From Candidatus Omnitrophota bacterium (GTDB taxonomy: Bacteria; Omnitrophota; Gorgyraeia; Gygaellales; Profunditerraquicolaceae), in assembly GCA_028716965.1 (NCBI GenBank), contig JAQUOV010000004.1, forward strand, positions 8,377-72,376: a stretch of 64,000 nt of DNA, in the 5' to 3' direction. This document shows positions 9,492 to 18,710 of the stretch, piece after piece; within the stretch, counting starts at the first letter, position 1, and every line of letters begins with the position of its first letter. Below the pieces are notes generated by a model. The model did not search any database. It was not told where the DNA came from and worked only from the letters and a program-made list of their open reading frames with translations. The position numbers and the translations under genes were made by a program.

Positions 9492-10357
9492 ATATTTTAG
9501 GTATGGTAATTACGGCAGCAGTAGTAATATTCTTTATGGGTATCAGGATCGTGCGGCCTACACATAGAGGCTTAGTTGAAAGATTTGGCAAGTATAATCG
9601 CTTTGCTAACCCGGGATTTAACTGGGTATTTCCTATAATTGAAAATCTCTACCAGATTAATATCACTGAACAAATGGTGGATGCCGAGCCGCAGGAGATT
9701 ATCACTAATGACAACCTTAATGCCAAGGTTGACGCGCAGGTTTATTTTAAGGTAAAGGCAGATGAGGCGGATGTCAAGAACTGCCAGTACAGCGTCAATA
9801 ATTACCAGTGGCAGATCGTAAATTTAGCGCGCACCACATTAAGGAATATAATCGGTACTTTGACTTTAAAATCCGCCAACAGCGAAAGAGGCAAGATCAA
9901 CGCAGAGTTGCATAAAACGCTTTGCGAAGAGACTGCCAGCTGGGGCTTGGAGATTGTAAGGACCGAGTTAAAAGAGATTGACCCGCCCAAAGATGTGCAG
10001 GAGACGATGAATAAGGTTGTAAAAGCCGAGAATGAGAAGATCGCGGCAATTGATTATGCTACGGCAACTGAAACTGCTGCTGACGGTCAAAAAAGAGCAG
10101 AGATTAAAAAGGCCGAAGGTATCAAGCAGGCGCGCATATTAGAAGCTGAAGGCGAAGCCGCAGCGATAAAGTTAGTAAATGAAGCCGCAGAGCATTATTT
10201 TGTAGGTAATGCGCAGGTATTAAGAAAACTGGAAGCGGTTGAGAAGTCATTAGTAAATAACGCCAAGATTGTTATTCCGGCAAATACGGAGTTGGTGAAT
10301 GTGATTGGCGAAATGGCCGGCTTTTTACCGATTAAAAACAAAGAAGAAAAGAAATAG
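9488..10357 (+). CDS. SPFH/band-7 (stomatin/prohibitin-like) membrane protein
   Basis: 289 aa. N-terminal TM, then IVRPTHRGLVERFGKY...PGFNWVFPIIE typical of the SPFH domain, followed by an A/E-rich coiled-coil tail. Confidence 0.8.
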   Translation: MNILGMVITAAVVIFFMGIRIVRPTHRGLVERFGKYNRFANPGFNWVFPIIENLYQINITEQMVDAEPQEIITNDNLNAKVDAQVYFKVKADEADVKNCQYSVNNYQWQIVNLARTTLRNIIGTLTLKSANSERGKINAELHKTLCEETASWGLEIVRTELKEIDPPKDVQETMNKVVKAENEKIAAIDYATATETAADGQKRAEIKKAEGIKQARILEAEGEAAAIKLVNEAAEHYFVGNAQVLRKLEAVEKSLVNNAKIVIPANTELVNVIGEMAGFLPIKNKEEKK

Positions 10358-10393
10358 CTTTTGACATTTTACCTTTGGGTTGTTGTTTGCGTG

Positions 10394-10613
10394 CATTAAT
10401 GAATCTGTCGTTTTGCTCGCTCAGGTCGATTTTTTAACGCCAATGCTCTTTCGCATTTCGGTGGCTGCGGAACTTGCGGTATTTGCTCTTGCAAATACCG
10501 CTCAAGCATCCTCGCCATCCCCGTTTTGTCGCTTCGCTCCACGGGGATACCCGAAATGCTCAAGCTCCATTGGCTAAAATCGACATTCACTCGCAATAAC
10601 GCCAGATTCATTT
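10394..10613 (+). repeat. Family C MITE-like element, copy 1 (about 220 bp, about 45-bp imperfect TIRs)
   Basis: Head AATGAATCTGTCGTTTTGCTCGCTCAGGTCGATTTTTTAACGCCAATG is the inverted complement of tail CATTGGCTAAAATCGACATTCACTCGCAATAACGCCAGATTCATTT. Central hairpin TCCCCGT...ACGGGGA. About 85% identical to the copy at 36728-36944. Confidence 0.7.
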
Positions 10614-10624
10614 AGGCGTATTTA

Positions 10625-10705
10625 AGAGATAAGTTGTATTGTGCACATTTGCCGAAAATTTTCTAATGCGCGCTCCGCCAAAACCGCAAAACTTGATGAT
10701 TTTTA
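10625..10705 (+). repeat. Partial family D element (right-half fragment)
   Basis: GCACATTTGCCGAAAATTTTCTAATGCGC matches the D motif GCACACTTTTGCCGAAAATCTTCTAATTGTGCC seen in copies at about 29860-30085 and 54165-54395. Confidence 0.5.
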
Positions 10706-10750
10706 AAATCGCGCCTATAGATGTAATAAGAACAAATAAGAGGATTTATT

Positions 10751-11479
10751 ATGGATGATGGTCGTAAGTTTTTGAGATATATTGTTCCTGCTTTTGTTTA
10801 TTTTGTTGAAGTAATTTTATTTCTATCTTTATTTTTAGTTTTTAATCCTTCAATATGCACATTTAACTTATCAAACGATCTAATCAACGAAAATAATATT
10901 TTAGAAATCATTATTATGGGTTTTATTGTAAGTGGAGGATTAGGTGCTTTTTTTTGTCAAATATACCATGTAATCTATTCATTTCACGTAGTTGACCTTC
11001 GAAATTCCATAATAGATGCTATAGAAAAAGGATGTTTAAAAGTAATGGAGAGGGGCAAAGCTTTAGAAGCTAAGAACATAAAGAATTGTAACAAAAGAAT
11101 TTTCTTAATGATTGATACTGTTTTGTGGAGTCAGCGTAGTGAACTTAACAATAAAATTAAAGGAGCAAAAGATAGGACTCAAACATACCATGATCATTTG
11201 CATGGTATAGGTGGAGTAATTGTTGCTACTTTTTTTGCTTTTGTAAGTTGGTTCTTCATAATCGGATACATAGCAGAAGAAATGTGTCTATTCAATCTTG
11301 CGTATTGGTTTATTATTTGTTCCTGGGTTGTATTATTTATTATCTTCTTTCTTGGATACTTTAGAATAAGGGAACAACTAGAATTTCATCGCTATTCTAT
11401 TTTAATAGATGTTTTGAAAGATGATTTCTTTTGGAATAATAAGAAACCTGCGGAGGTAGATATTCCTTGGGTTAAGTAA
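10751..11479 (+). CDS. Hypothetical 4-TM membrane protein, compositionally foreign (about 30% GC)
   Basis: 242 aa, two hydrophobic helices at each end, central soluble region with HDHLHGIGG. Strongly AT-rich codon usage unlike all flanking genes. Lies directly after the C/D repeat pile-up. Confidence 0.55.
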   Translation: MDDGRKFLRYIVPAFVYFVEVILFLSLFLVFNPSICTFNLSNDLINENNILEIIIMGFIVSGGLGAFFCQIYHVIYSFHVVDLRNSIIDAIEKGCLKVMERGKALEAKNIKNCNKRIFLMIDTVLWSQRSELNNKIKGAKDRTQTYHDHLHGIGGVIVATFFAFVSWFFIIGYIAEEMCLFNLAYWFIICSWVVLFIIFFLGYFRIREQLEFHRYSILIDVLKDDFFWNNKKPAEVDIPWVK

Positions 11480-11722
11480 ATGAAAATAGAGGAGTAAATG
11501 GAGACAGAATGAGTAAATGGTTTCAAGATTATTTTAGCGGGTGAGTTGGTTTGATTTTGAGCAGGGCGTGGAGGCAAGGAGCGGGCACGGTTCCGTCATT
11601 TTAGTGTCAGAGAGCGACGCCAGCCGACTCGAGCGAAGTTTTGACACGCCGGGGCAAAACGAGCGTCCCTGCGAAAAACAAACCAAGCCAGGGCCCGCGC
11701 AAGGCAGGATTGAGGAGGGAAA

Positions 11723-12178
11723 ATGAGAAAAAGATTTATTTATCTTGGGTTAAGCGTTTTATGTTCTTTAGGTTTTCTGTTAAGTTATGCTGAAGCAGCG
11801 GACCAGGTGTCGGTAGAATTCAAGCTGGTTTGTGCAGGCTCAAGCCAGTCTGATTGCAGGAAAGCGGAAACGCCGAATAGATTTGAAGAACTTTATGTCA
11901 GCAAAACCCCATTTCTTTCAACAAAAGATATTGCGTCTGCAAAAATAACAGAGCAGGAGCCTAATATAGTGATTGATTTAAGATTTAATAAGGAAGCAAC
12001 GCAGAAATTTAACGAGATTACCTCTAAGAATGCGGGGAGAAGAATAGCCGTATTTCTTGATGGAAGCCTGCTTACTACTTCTAAGATTTATGATCCTGTT
12101 ACAACAGGAAAAATTACAATAACCACCAGCCTTACAAAAGAAAAAGCAAAGGCTTTAGTAGATTCTATTAACAAATAG
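11723..12178 (+). CDS. Hypothetical secreted protein (signal peptide)
   Basis: 151 aa. N-terminal signal peptide MRKRFIYLGLSVLCSLGFLLSYAEA; no confident family assignment. Confidence 0.5.
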   Translation: MRKRFIYLGLSVLCSLGFLLSYAEAADQVSVEFKLVCAGSSQSDCRKAETPNRFEELYVSKTPFLSTKDIASAKITEQEPNIVIDLRFNKEATQKFNEITSKNAGRRIAVFLDGSLLTTSKIYDPVTTGKITITTSLTKEKAKALVDSINK

Positions 12179-12193
12179 TTATGTTAAAATAAG

Positions 12194-12883
12194 ATGTTGA
12201 AGAAAATCTTGTGTGTTATAACATTAGTTTTATTTCCTTTGATGGCCTGGGCCGCGGAGTCTTGGGAGAAAAAAGGGGATTATTATTTTCTTGCCAAGAC
12301 CAGGGACAACTTTGCCTTGGAAGGCGCAGGCCCGAATATATTTGCCAGCAAATATTTGGCATACGGCGGAGTGGATTTCCTGGTGCGCGGGGAAAGCAGT
12401 TGGCAGGATTACGGAAGGCTTGATCTTGAAGGCAATAATATGTTCTCCCTGCCGATAAGGCCGGGGATGAAGGTGGAGGAGGTGCATTTTTTAGCAGGCG
12501 GCAATTACAGCAACAGCTATGAGCATGATGCGTCAATGCGCTTGTTCGGGGATAAATATTTTTACGCTACCCTTAGCGTTATCTTTGCATATGAAGACGG
12601 CACACATAATAACCTTTCCGTGCCGGTTTTCTGGGATTGGTTTGATATTGGAATCGGCGAATGGTCGAAGAACGGGGCAACCATTAAATCCTTAGGTGAA
12701 AACCCGGTGCGTCAAAAATGCAGCATGTTCCATATTATCTTTGTTAACCCCCGGCCGATGGAGCCGGTAAAGGATATCCTGGTTGCGGATAGCTGGATAG
12801 ATGACCGGCCTTTTTCAGATGTCTTTGCAGTAACAATTAAATCTTCTGATACACTGGATGCGGCAGCAAAAGGAGAGAAATAA
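12194..12883 (+). CDS. Hypothetical secreted protein (signal peptide)
   Basis: 229 aa. Signal peptide MLKKILCVITLVLFPLMAWAAES. Aromatic-rich mature region, no recognisable motif. Confidence 0.5.
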   Translation: MLKKILCVITLVLFPLMAWAAESWEKKGDYYFLAKTRDNFALEGAGPNIFASKYLAYGGVDFLVRGESSWQDYGRLDLEGNNMFSLPIRPGMKVEEVHFLAGGNYSNSYEHDASMRLFGDKYFYATLSVIFAYEDGTHNNLSVPVFWDWFDIGIGEWSKNGATIKSLGENPVRQKCSMFHIIFVNPRPMEPVKDILVADSWIDDRPFSDVFAVTIKSSDTLDAAAKGEK

Positions 12884-14172
12884 TGCGCATATTAGTGGTT
12901 GGTTCAGGCGGAAGAGAACATGCGTTGGCCTGGAAGATCGCTCAATCGCAAGCCGTGGATAAGATCTTTTGCGCTCCCGGTAACGGCGGTATTACGCACC
13001 TGGCAGAGTGCGTTGATATAAAGTCTGATGATATCTTTGGTTTGCTGGATTTTGCCAGAAAAGAAAAGATCGGCCTGACCGTGGTCGGTCCGGAGATACC
13101 TTTGGCTTTAGGTATCGTGGATGAGTTTATAAAAGCAGGGCTTAAGATATTCGGGCCGAATAAGAAAGCTGCTGCTCTTGAGGCAAGCAAGATTTTTAGC
13201 AAGCAGTTGATGGCAAAATACAATGTGCCTACCGCCGAGTTTAAGGTTTTTGATGACCCGGAAGAAGCGAAAAAATATATTGAGAAGAAGGGCGCGCCCT
13301 GCGTAGTCAAGGCTGACGGCCTGGCCGCCGGAAAAGGCGTGGTTGTGGCCAAAACCGTTAAGGAGGCAAAGGATGCGGTAAAAGCTATGATGCAGGACAA
13401 GGTCTTCGGCGATGCCGGCAAGAAAATAATCATTGAGGAGTGCCTTACCGGGCAGGAGGCCTCAATCATTGTGATCACGGATTCAAAACAGGTATTGGCA
13501 TTGGCTTCAGCACAGGACCACAAAAGTATTTTTGACAATGACCAGGGAGCAAACACCGGGGGCATGGGCGCTTATTCCCCCGCTTCCATTGTTACTCCTG
13601 GCATCCTGGTTGAGGTTATGGAAAAGATAATTTACCGCACTATTGACGGCTTGGCCAAAGAAGGCATAGATTATCGGGGAGTTTTGTATGCCGGAATAAT
13701 GCTGACTAAAGAAGGGCCGAAGACGCTTGAGTTTAATGTGCGTTTTGGCGATCCGGAGACAGAAGCAATACTGCCCAGGTTAAAATCGGATTTAGTGGAG
13801 GTAATGCTGGCGGCAACCGACGGAGAGTTGACCAAGGTAAAGAATTTATACTGGGATTCCCGCGCCTGTGTATGCGTGGTTTGCGCATCCGGAGGCTATC
13901 CGGGAAGTTATGCAAAAGATAAAGAGATCAAGGGGTTAAAGGAAGCGGAGAAATTAAAGGATATCGTGGTTTTTCACGCCGGGACTAAAAAAATGGGTGA
14001 TAAAATATTGACCAGCGGAGGCAGGGTCTTGGGGGTAACCGGATTAGGCACAACAATTGAGGATGCGATAGATAAAACATATAAAGCAGTGAGCAAGATC
14101 AGTTTTGAAGGCATGCACTATCGTACTGACATCGGGCATAAGGCAATAGGGCAGAAGGTAAGCCGCATATGA
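12883..14172 (+). CDS. purD: Phosphoribosylamine--glycine ligase
   Basis: 429 aa. N-terminus MRILVVGSGGREHALAWKIAQS is diagnostic of GAR synthetase; ATP-grasp fold. Confidence 0.9.
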   Translation: MRILVVGSGGREHALAWKIAQSQAVDKIFCAPGNGGITHLAECVDIKSDDIFGLLDFARKEKIGLTVVGPEIPLALGIVDEFIKAGLKIFGPNKKAAALEASKIFSKQLMAKYNVPTAEFKVFDDPEEAKKYIEKKGAPCVVKADGLAAGKGVVVAKTVKEAKDAVKAMMQDKVFGDAGKKIIIEECLTGQEASIIVITDSKQVLALASAQDHKSIFDNDQGANTGGMGAYSPASIVTPGILVEVMEKIIYRTIDGLAKEGIDYRGVLYAGIMLTKEGPKTLEFNVRFGDPETEAILPRLKSDLVEVMLAATDGELTKVKNLYWDSRACVCVVCASGGYPGSYAKDKEIKGLKEAEKLKDIVVFHAGTKKMGDKILTSGGRVLGVTGLGTTIEDAIDKTYKAVSKISFEGMHYRTDIGHKAIGQKVSRI

Positions 14173-14885
14173 GTTTAGAAAAGGAAAACCAGGCAGGCAA
14201 TTGGCCGGTTTTAGGAACAAAAGACATAGCCGGGGCTTATAAATTTTATGTTGAGAAGCTGGATTTTGTTCCCTGCGGGCAGTATGATAATGTTGCCGGC
14301 TTGGAGCAGGTGATTGTTAAACTGGATGGGTTTTTCCTTGTTCTTCGTAAATCGCAAGCAAGCGGCCCGCTTATCCAGGCAGAGCAAAAAATAGAAGGCA
14401 GGCAGGATCAGGACAGGGAGTTAGCGTTGTATATACCTGTGAGAGGTGTATTTGATTATTACAACGCGATAAAGAATAAAGGCGTAGATACGGTCACGGA
14501 AATCATAAAAGGGCCGGATGATTCGGATTTAAACTTTTTCAATCCGGATGAAGACGGTTTCTACCTCAAGGATGAAGACGGTAACCTTCTGGTTTTTTGG
14601 ACATATTATAGCGATCATTACAATCCCAGGTTTTGGGCTTGGGTTTGGGAACTTAAATTAACACCTGAAAGGATTATGCAGTTTAAGAAGCCGGCTAAGT
14701 TATCCGGAAAAGACAAAATCATTAATTGGGGATGTTTTATCGTTTTTTTCGCGGCTCTTATGGTTATCTTGGCTATTATAACAACTCATTACGCGGTATT
14801 TATAGCCGCGTCATTGGGTTTAGCGATTATAGGGGCTGTTATCAAATCTATTAATTGTTTTTGCCGTAAGCGTTATTCAAAATAG
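14169..14885 (+). CDS. Hypothetical protein, possible VOC/glyoxalase-like N-domain with C-terminal TM helices
   Basis: 238 aa. N-terminal region resembles the bleomycin-resistance/glyoxalase fold (weak). Two hydrophobic helices at the C-terminus. 4-nt overlap with purD. Confidence 0.45.
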   Translation: MSLEKENQAGNWPVLGTKDIAGAYKFYVEKLDFVPCGQYDNVAGLEQVIVKLDGFFLVLRKSQASGPLIQAEQKIEGRQDQDRELALYIPVRGVFDYYNAIKNKGVDTVTEIIKGPDDSDLNFFNPDEDGFYLKDEDGNLLVFWTYYSDHYNPRFWAWVWELKLTPERIMQFKKPAKLSGKDKIINWGCFIVFFAALMVILAIITTHYAVFIAASLGLAIIGAVIKSINCFCRKRYSK

Positions 14886-14921
14886 TATTTCGCCGGTTAA
14901 ATCTAAATATCAGGAGGAAAA

Positions 14922-15410
14922 ATGAAAAAAGCAGCGATAAGTATTATTATGGGCAGCCAATCCGACCTGGAGACGGTAAGCGAAGCAGTGGATGTCTTGA
15001 GGGAATTTAAGGCGGATTTTGAGGTGAGGATTTTATCTGCGCACCGCACTCCTAAAGAGGTTGCTCAATATGTAGAGGCGGCGCCGAAAAAAGGGACAAA
15101 GGTTTTTATCGCAGCAGCGGGGATGTCCGCGGCTTTAGCCGGGGTAGTGGCAGCGCATACCACATTGCCGGTTATCGGCATACCCATTGAAACAAAAAAC
15201 TTAAAAGGACTGGACTCTCTTTTATCAACCGTGCAGATGCCTGCCGGCATACCGGTTGCCTGTATGGCCATAGGAAAATCAGGGGCAAAGAATGCCGCGC
15301 TTTTTGCTTTGGAGATACTGGCAGTAAGCGACCATAAAATTACCACTAAGTTGCTTAATTACAAGAAACAGATGTGCCTTAAGATCAAGCAGGCGAAGAT
15401 CAGGTTATGA
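14922..15410 (+). CDS. purE: N5-carboxyaminoimidazole ribonucleotide mutase
   Basis: 162 aa. PurE motifs IIMGSQSD, SAHRTP, AAGMSAALAGVVAA. Confidence 0.9.
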   Translation: MKKAAISIIMGSQSDLETVSEAVDVLREFKADFEVRILSAHRTPKEVAQYVEAAPKKGTKVFIAAAGMSAALAGVVAAHTTLPVIGIPIETKNLKGLDSLLSTVQMPAGIPVACMAIGKSGAKNAALFALEILAVSDHKITTKLLNYKKQMCLKIKQAKIRL

Positions 15411-16468
15411 GTGCGACAAAAATAATAAAAATCAATCCGGTTTTGCCTGAAGAGGAGTATATCAGCCAGGCAGCTAAGGTTATTGCAGATGGCGGTCTGG
15501 TGGTTATCCCCACGGAGACTGTTTATGGTATTGCGGCCAATGCCTTGGATAAAAATACTTTGGATAAACTTTATGAGATTAAAAAGCGGTCAAAGGATAA
15601 GCCTTTTGCTTTGCTCATTGCGGATAAGATTAAGGTTGATGAACTTGCAAGCGATATACCGGTTGCTGCGTATAAATTAATGCATAAATTCTGGCCCGGG
15701 CCTTTGACAATTTTATTGAAGGCGCCAAGCGGCGGTAAGGTGGGGTTGCGTATGCCGGATGACCAGGTTGCTTTGAAGATTGTTGAGCGTTCAGCTGTTC
15801 CCGTAGCCTGTCCTTCGGCAAATATTTCGGGTTCTGCTGCCCCGGTTAACTTTGCAGAGGCGATTAAGGATATGAATGGCTTGGTAGAGCTGGCGCTTGA
15901 CGCCGGGGAAGCAAAAATAGGGATGGAATCCACTATTGTAGATTTAAGCGTTGAGCCGCTTAAAATAACAAGGAGCGGCTCAATAAAAGATGAAGAGATA
16001 AACGCGGTTGTAAAATCCAGGACCGTACTCTTTATCTGCACGGGAAACTCCTGCCGTTCGGTAATGGCCGAGGCGTATTTAAAAAAGCTCCTGGAAGAAC
16101 AGAAAAGGAGCGATGTGGAGGTGTTCTCCGCGGGGGTAATGATCCTTGCCGGGCTTGGCGCAAGCACAGAGACCAGGCAGGTATTGAAGAACGAAGGCAT
16201 GGATGTAAGTGCTCACCGTTCGCAAAGATTGACCAGGGAGATGGTGGACAGGTCCGATATCATACTGGTAATGGAGCCCATGCATGAGAAAAGGGTGCTT
16301 GAGCTTGCGCCGGAAGCAATGAACAGGCTTTTTTTATTGAAGGAATTTGCTAAAATGGATGATAATGATTTGGATATTGTTGACCCTATAGGAGGGTCGC
16401 TTGAGTTTTACGAGGATACTTTTCGCACAATTAAAGATGCCGTAGAAAGGATAAGTAAAATCATATGA
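15407..16468 (+). CDS. Threonylcarbamoyl-AMP synthase (TsaC/YrdC) fused to low-molecular-weight protein phosphatase (YwlE-like)
   Basis: N-terminal YrdC/Sua5 domain (VIPTETVYGIAANA). C-terminal LMW-PTP domain with P-loop CTGNSCRS and DP motif. Matches B. subtilis ywlC + ywlE fused into one ORF, followed by rpiB-glyA as in Bacillus. Confidence 0.85.
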   Translation: MSATKIIKINPVLPEEEYISQAAKVIADGGLVVIPTETVYGIAANALDKNTLDKLYEIKKRSKDKPFALLIADKIKVDELASDIPVAAYKLMHKFWPGPLTILLKAPSGGKVGLRMPDDQVALKIVERSAVPVACPSANISGSAAPVNFAEAIKDMNGLVELALDAGEAKIGMESTIVDLSVEPLKITRSGSIKDEEINAVVKSRTVLFICTGNSCRSVMAEAYLKKLLEEQKRSDVEVFSAGVMILAGLGASTETRQVLKNEGMDVSAHRSQRLTREMVDRSDIILVMEPMHEKRVLELAPEAMNRLFLLKEFAKMDDNDLDIVDPIGGSLEFYEDTFRTIKDAVERISKII

Positions 16469-16926
16469 GCGCGCTATTTATTGCTTCCGACCACGCAGGG
16501 TTTATTTTAAAAGAGAGGTTAAAAGAATACCTTAATAAAAATGGGCTTGCCATAAAAGACCTGGGCACATATTCAAAGGAGCGCTGCGATTATCCAGAAT
16601 ATGCCTATGGTTTGGCTAAGGCTGTTGCTTCAGGTAAGAATAACCGCGGGGTGCTTATTTGTAAAAGCGGTATAGGAAATTCTATCGTCGCCAACAAGGT
16701 CCCGGGAGTGCGCGCTGCGCTTTGCTATAACCTTAAGGCAGCAAAACTTAGCCGTCAGCATAATGATAGTAATGTTTTGGTGCTGGGTTCGGCTTTTGTC
16801 AGGACGGATTTAGCCAAGAGGATGGTTCCTGCTTGGTTAAACACGCAGTTCCTGGGAGGAAGGCATTTAAGAAGGGTAAAATTAATCAACAGCATTGAGA
16901 AAAAGATAAGGAGAGGCGCCAAGTGA
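16465..16926 (+). CDS. rpiB: Ribose-5-phosphate isomerase B
   Basis: 153 aa. RpiB/LacAB motifs [23 protein letters not shown]. Confidence 0.85.
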   Translation: MSALFIASDHAGFILKERLKEYLNKNGLAIKDLGTYSKERCDYPEYAYGLAKAVASGKNNRGVLICKSGIGNSIVANKVPGVRAALCYNLKAAKLSRQHNDSNVLVLGSAFVRTDLAKRMVPAWLNTQFLGGRHLRRVKLINSIEKKIRRGAK

Positions 16927-18170
16927 AACATTTAAAACAGATTGACCCGGAGATTTACGCAGCGATTAAGAAAGAGATGCAGCGCCAGGATGAGAACCTT
17001 GAGTTGATCGCCTCGGAGAACTTTGCTTCTTTGGGAGTGTTGGAGGCCCAGGGCTCTGTGTTGACCAATAAATATGCCGAGGGATATCCCGGCAGGCGCT
17101 GGTATGGCGGGTGTGAATATGTAGATACCGCAGAGAGCCTTGCTATTGAACGGGCCAAAGCAATATTCGGCGCAGAGCACGCCAATGTCCAGCCGCATTC
17201 AGGTTCGCAGGCGAATATGGCGGTGTATTTTGCGGCGATAAAACCGGGAGATACGGTCCTGGCTATGGATTTAGCTGCCGGAGGCCACCTCACCCACGGC
17301 CACCCGCATAATTTCTCCGGGATGTTTTATAAGATCGTCGGTTACGGCGTGGACAGGAAAAGCGAAACCCTGGATTATGATGCCATCCTTGAGCTTGCCA
17401 AAACACATAAGCCGAAGATGATACTGGCAGGCGCCTCGGCGTATCCAAGGACAATTGATTTTAAGAAGTTCCGCCAGATCGCTGACAGCGTCGGGGCGTA
17501 TCTATTCGTGGATATGGCGCATATCGCAGGGCTGGTCGCTGCCGGGGTTCATCCTTCTCCCGTACCTTACGCGGAGTTTGTTACCTCTACTACGCATAAG
17601 ACCTTGCGCGGCCCGCGCGGCGGGTTTATCCTTTGCAGGAAAGAGTTTGCCAAGAAAATAGACAGCCAGATCTTCCCCGGGATACAGGGGGGGCCGTTGA
17701 TGCATGTGGTTGCCGCCAAAGCCGTGGCATTTGCCGAGGCAATGACGCCGGAGTTTAAGCAATACCAGGCCCAGCTGGCTGAAAATGCCAGGGAGTTAGC
17801 AAAGGCTTTGGAGAAAAAAGGCTTTCGCATCGTATCCGGAGGCACGGATACGCATTTAATGCTCGTAGATCTGAATGCCAAAAATATTACCGGCTCCGAT
17901 GCTTCAAGGATTTTAGGGCAGGTAAATATTACGGTAAACAAGAACCTTATACCTTTTGATCAGAAGTCTCCGCTTGTAACAAGCGGTATCCGCCTGGGCA
18001 CGGCGGCAGTAAGCACGCGCAAGATGAAAGAGGCGCAGATGCAGAAGATCGCCGGTTTAATCAACGATGCGCTGGAAAACCAGGCCGATATGAATAAATT
18101 AACTGAAATCAAAAAGGAAACGATCGCTTTAGCCAGAAAGTTTCCGCTATATCCGGAGCTATTGAAATAA
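16923..18170 (+). CDS. glyA: Serine hydroxymethyltransferase
   Basis: 415 aa. PLP-site [19 protein letters not shown] and [10 protein letters not shown] motifs. Confidence 0.92.
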   Translation: MKHLKQIDPEIYAAIKKEMQRQDENLELIASENFASLGVLEAQGSVLTNKYAEGYPGRRWYGGCEYVDTAESLAIERAKAIFGAEHANVQPHSGSQANMAVYFAAIKPGDTVLAMDLAAGGHLTHGHPHNFSGMFYKIVGYGVDRKSETLDYDAILELAKTHKPKMILAGASAYPRTIDFKKFRQIADSVGAYLFVDMAHIAGLVAAGVHPSPVPYAEFVTSTTHKTLRGPRGGFILCRKEFAKKIDSQIFPGIQGGPLMHVVAAKAVAFAEAMTPEFKQYQAQLAENARELAKALEKKGFRIVSGGTDTHLMLVDLNAKNITGSDASRILGQVNITVNKNLIPFDQKSPLVTSGIRLGTAAVSTRKMKEAQMQKIAGLINDALENQADMNKLTEIKKETIALARKFPLYPELLK

Positions 18171-18251
18171 TATGAACCCCTCGCCTTCTGTAAATTTAAC
18201 TATTGAAGCCATGGGGTTTAATGAGCTGACTAAGGAAGAAGGTGCGGGATG
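18171..18251 (+). repeat. Family A junction element, copy A1 (short derivative of the GIY-YIG cassette)
   Basis: Left arm TATGAACCCCTCGCCTTCTGTAAATTTAAC, right arm GAAGGTGCGGGATGA. Contains in-frame micro-[29 protein letters not shown] whose TGA overlaps ATG 18249 of the downstream gene. Confidence 0.75.
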
Positions 18252-18710
18252 AAAAAGAGCAGAACTATACATAAGCGCCCTACGTGGGATGAATATTTCC
18301 TGGAGATGGCAGGCTTGGTTGCCAAAAGGTCAACCTGCCTGCGCCGCTCTGTTGGTGCGGTATTGGTAAGAGAAAAAAGAATTTTGGCTACCGGTTATAA
18401 CGGCGCTCCCAGCGGTTTGAAGCACTGTGTTGAAATCGGCTGTATACGCCAGCAGTTAAAGATACCTTCCGGAGAACGCCATGAATTATGCCGCGCCTTA
18501 CATGCAGAGCAGAACGCGCTTATCCAGGCCTGCCTGCACGGCATAAGCGTAAAAGGCGCAACTTTATATGCCACTAATCAGCCGTGCGTTATCTGCGCCA
18601 AGATGCTCATTAACGCCGGGATAAGGGAGATCGTAATTGCCGAAGGCTACCCGGACAAAATGGCGATGAGCTTCTTAAGGCAGGCAAAGATAAGAATAAG
18701 GAAAATATGA
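18249..18710 (+). CDS. Deoxycytidylate (dCMP) deaminase, ComEB-like
   Basis: 153 aa. CDA-fold zinc motifs HAEQNA and PCVICAKML; N-terminus KRPTWDEYF typical of dCMP deaminases. Stop TGA lies inside the left arm of element A2. Confidence 0.8.
   Translation: MKKSRTIHKRPTWDEYFLEMAGLVAKRSTCLRRSVGAVLVREKRILATGYNGAPSGLKHCVEIGCIRQQLKIPSGERHELCRALHAEQNALIQACLHGISVKGATLYATNQPCVICAKMLINAGIREIVIAEGYPDKMAMSFLRQAKIRIRKI

Noticed and set aside
10380-10577. ORF inside repeat C copy 1, and the similar ORF 36659-36892 inside C copy 2, which translate to similar peptides
   Set aside because: The similarity is a by-product of the repeated, palindromic DNA. No start context, and the element is a hairpin. Considered non-coding.
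11541-11726. 61-aa ORF in the GC-rich spacer after the AT-rich gene
   Set aside because: No RBS, low-complexity translation, lies in a presumably non-coding island border.
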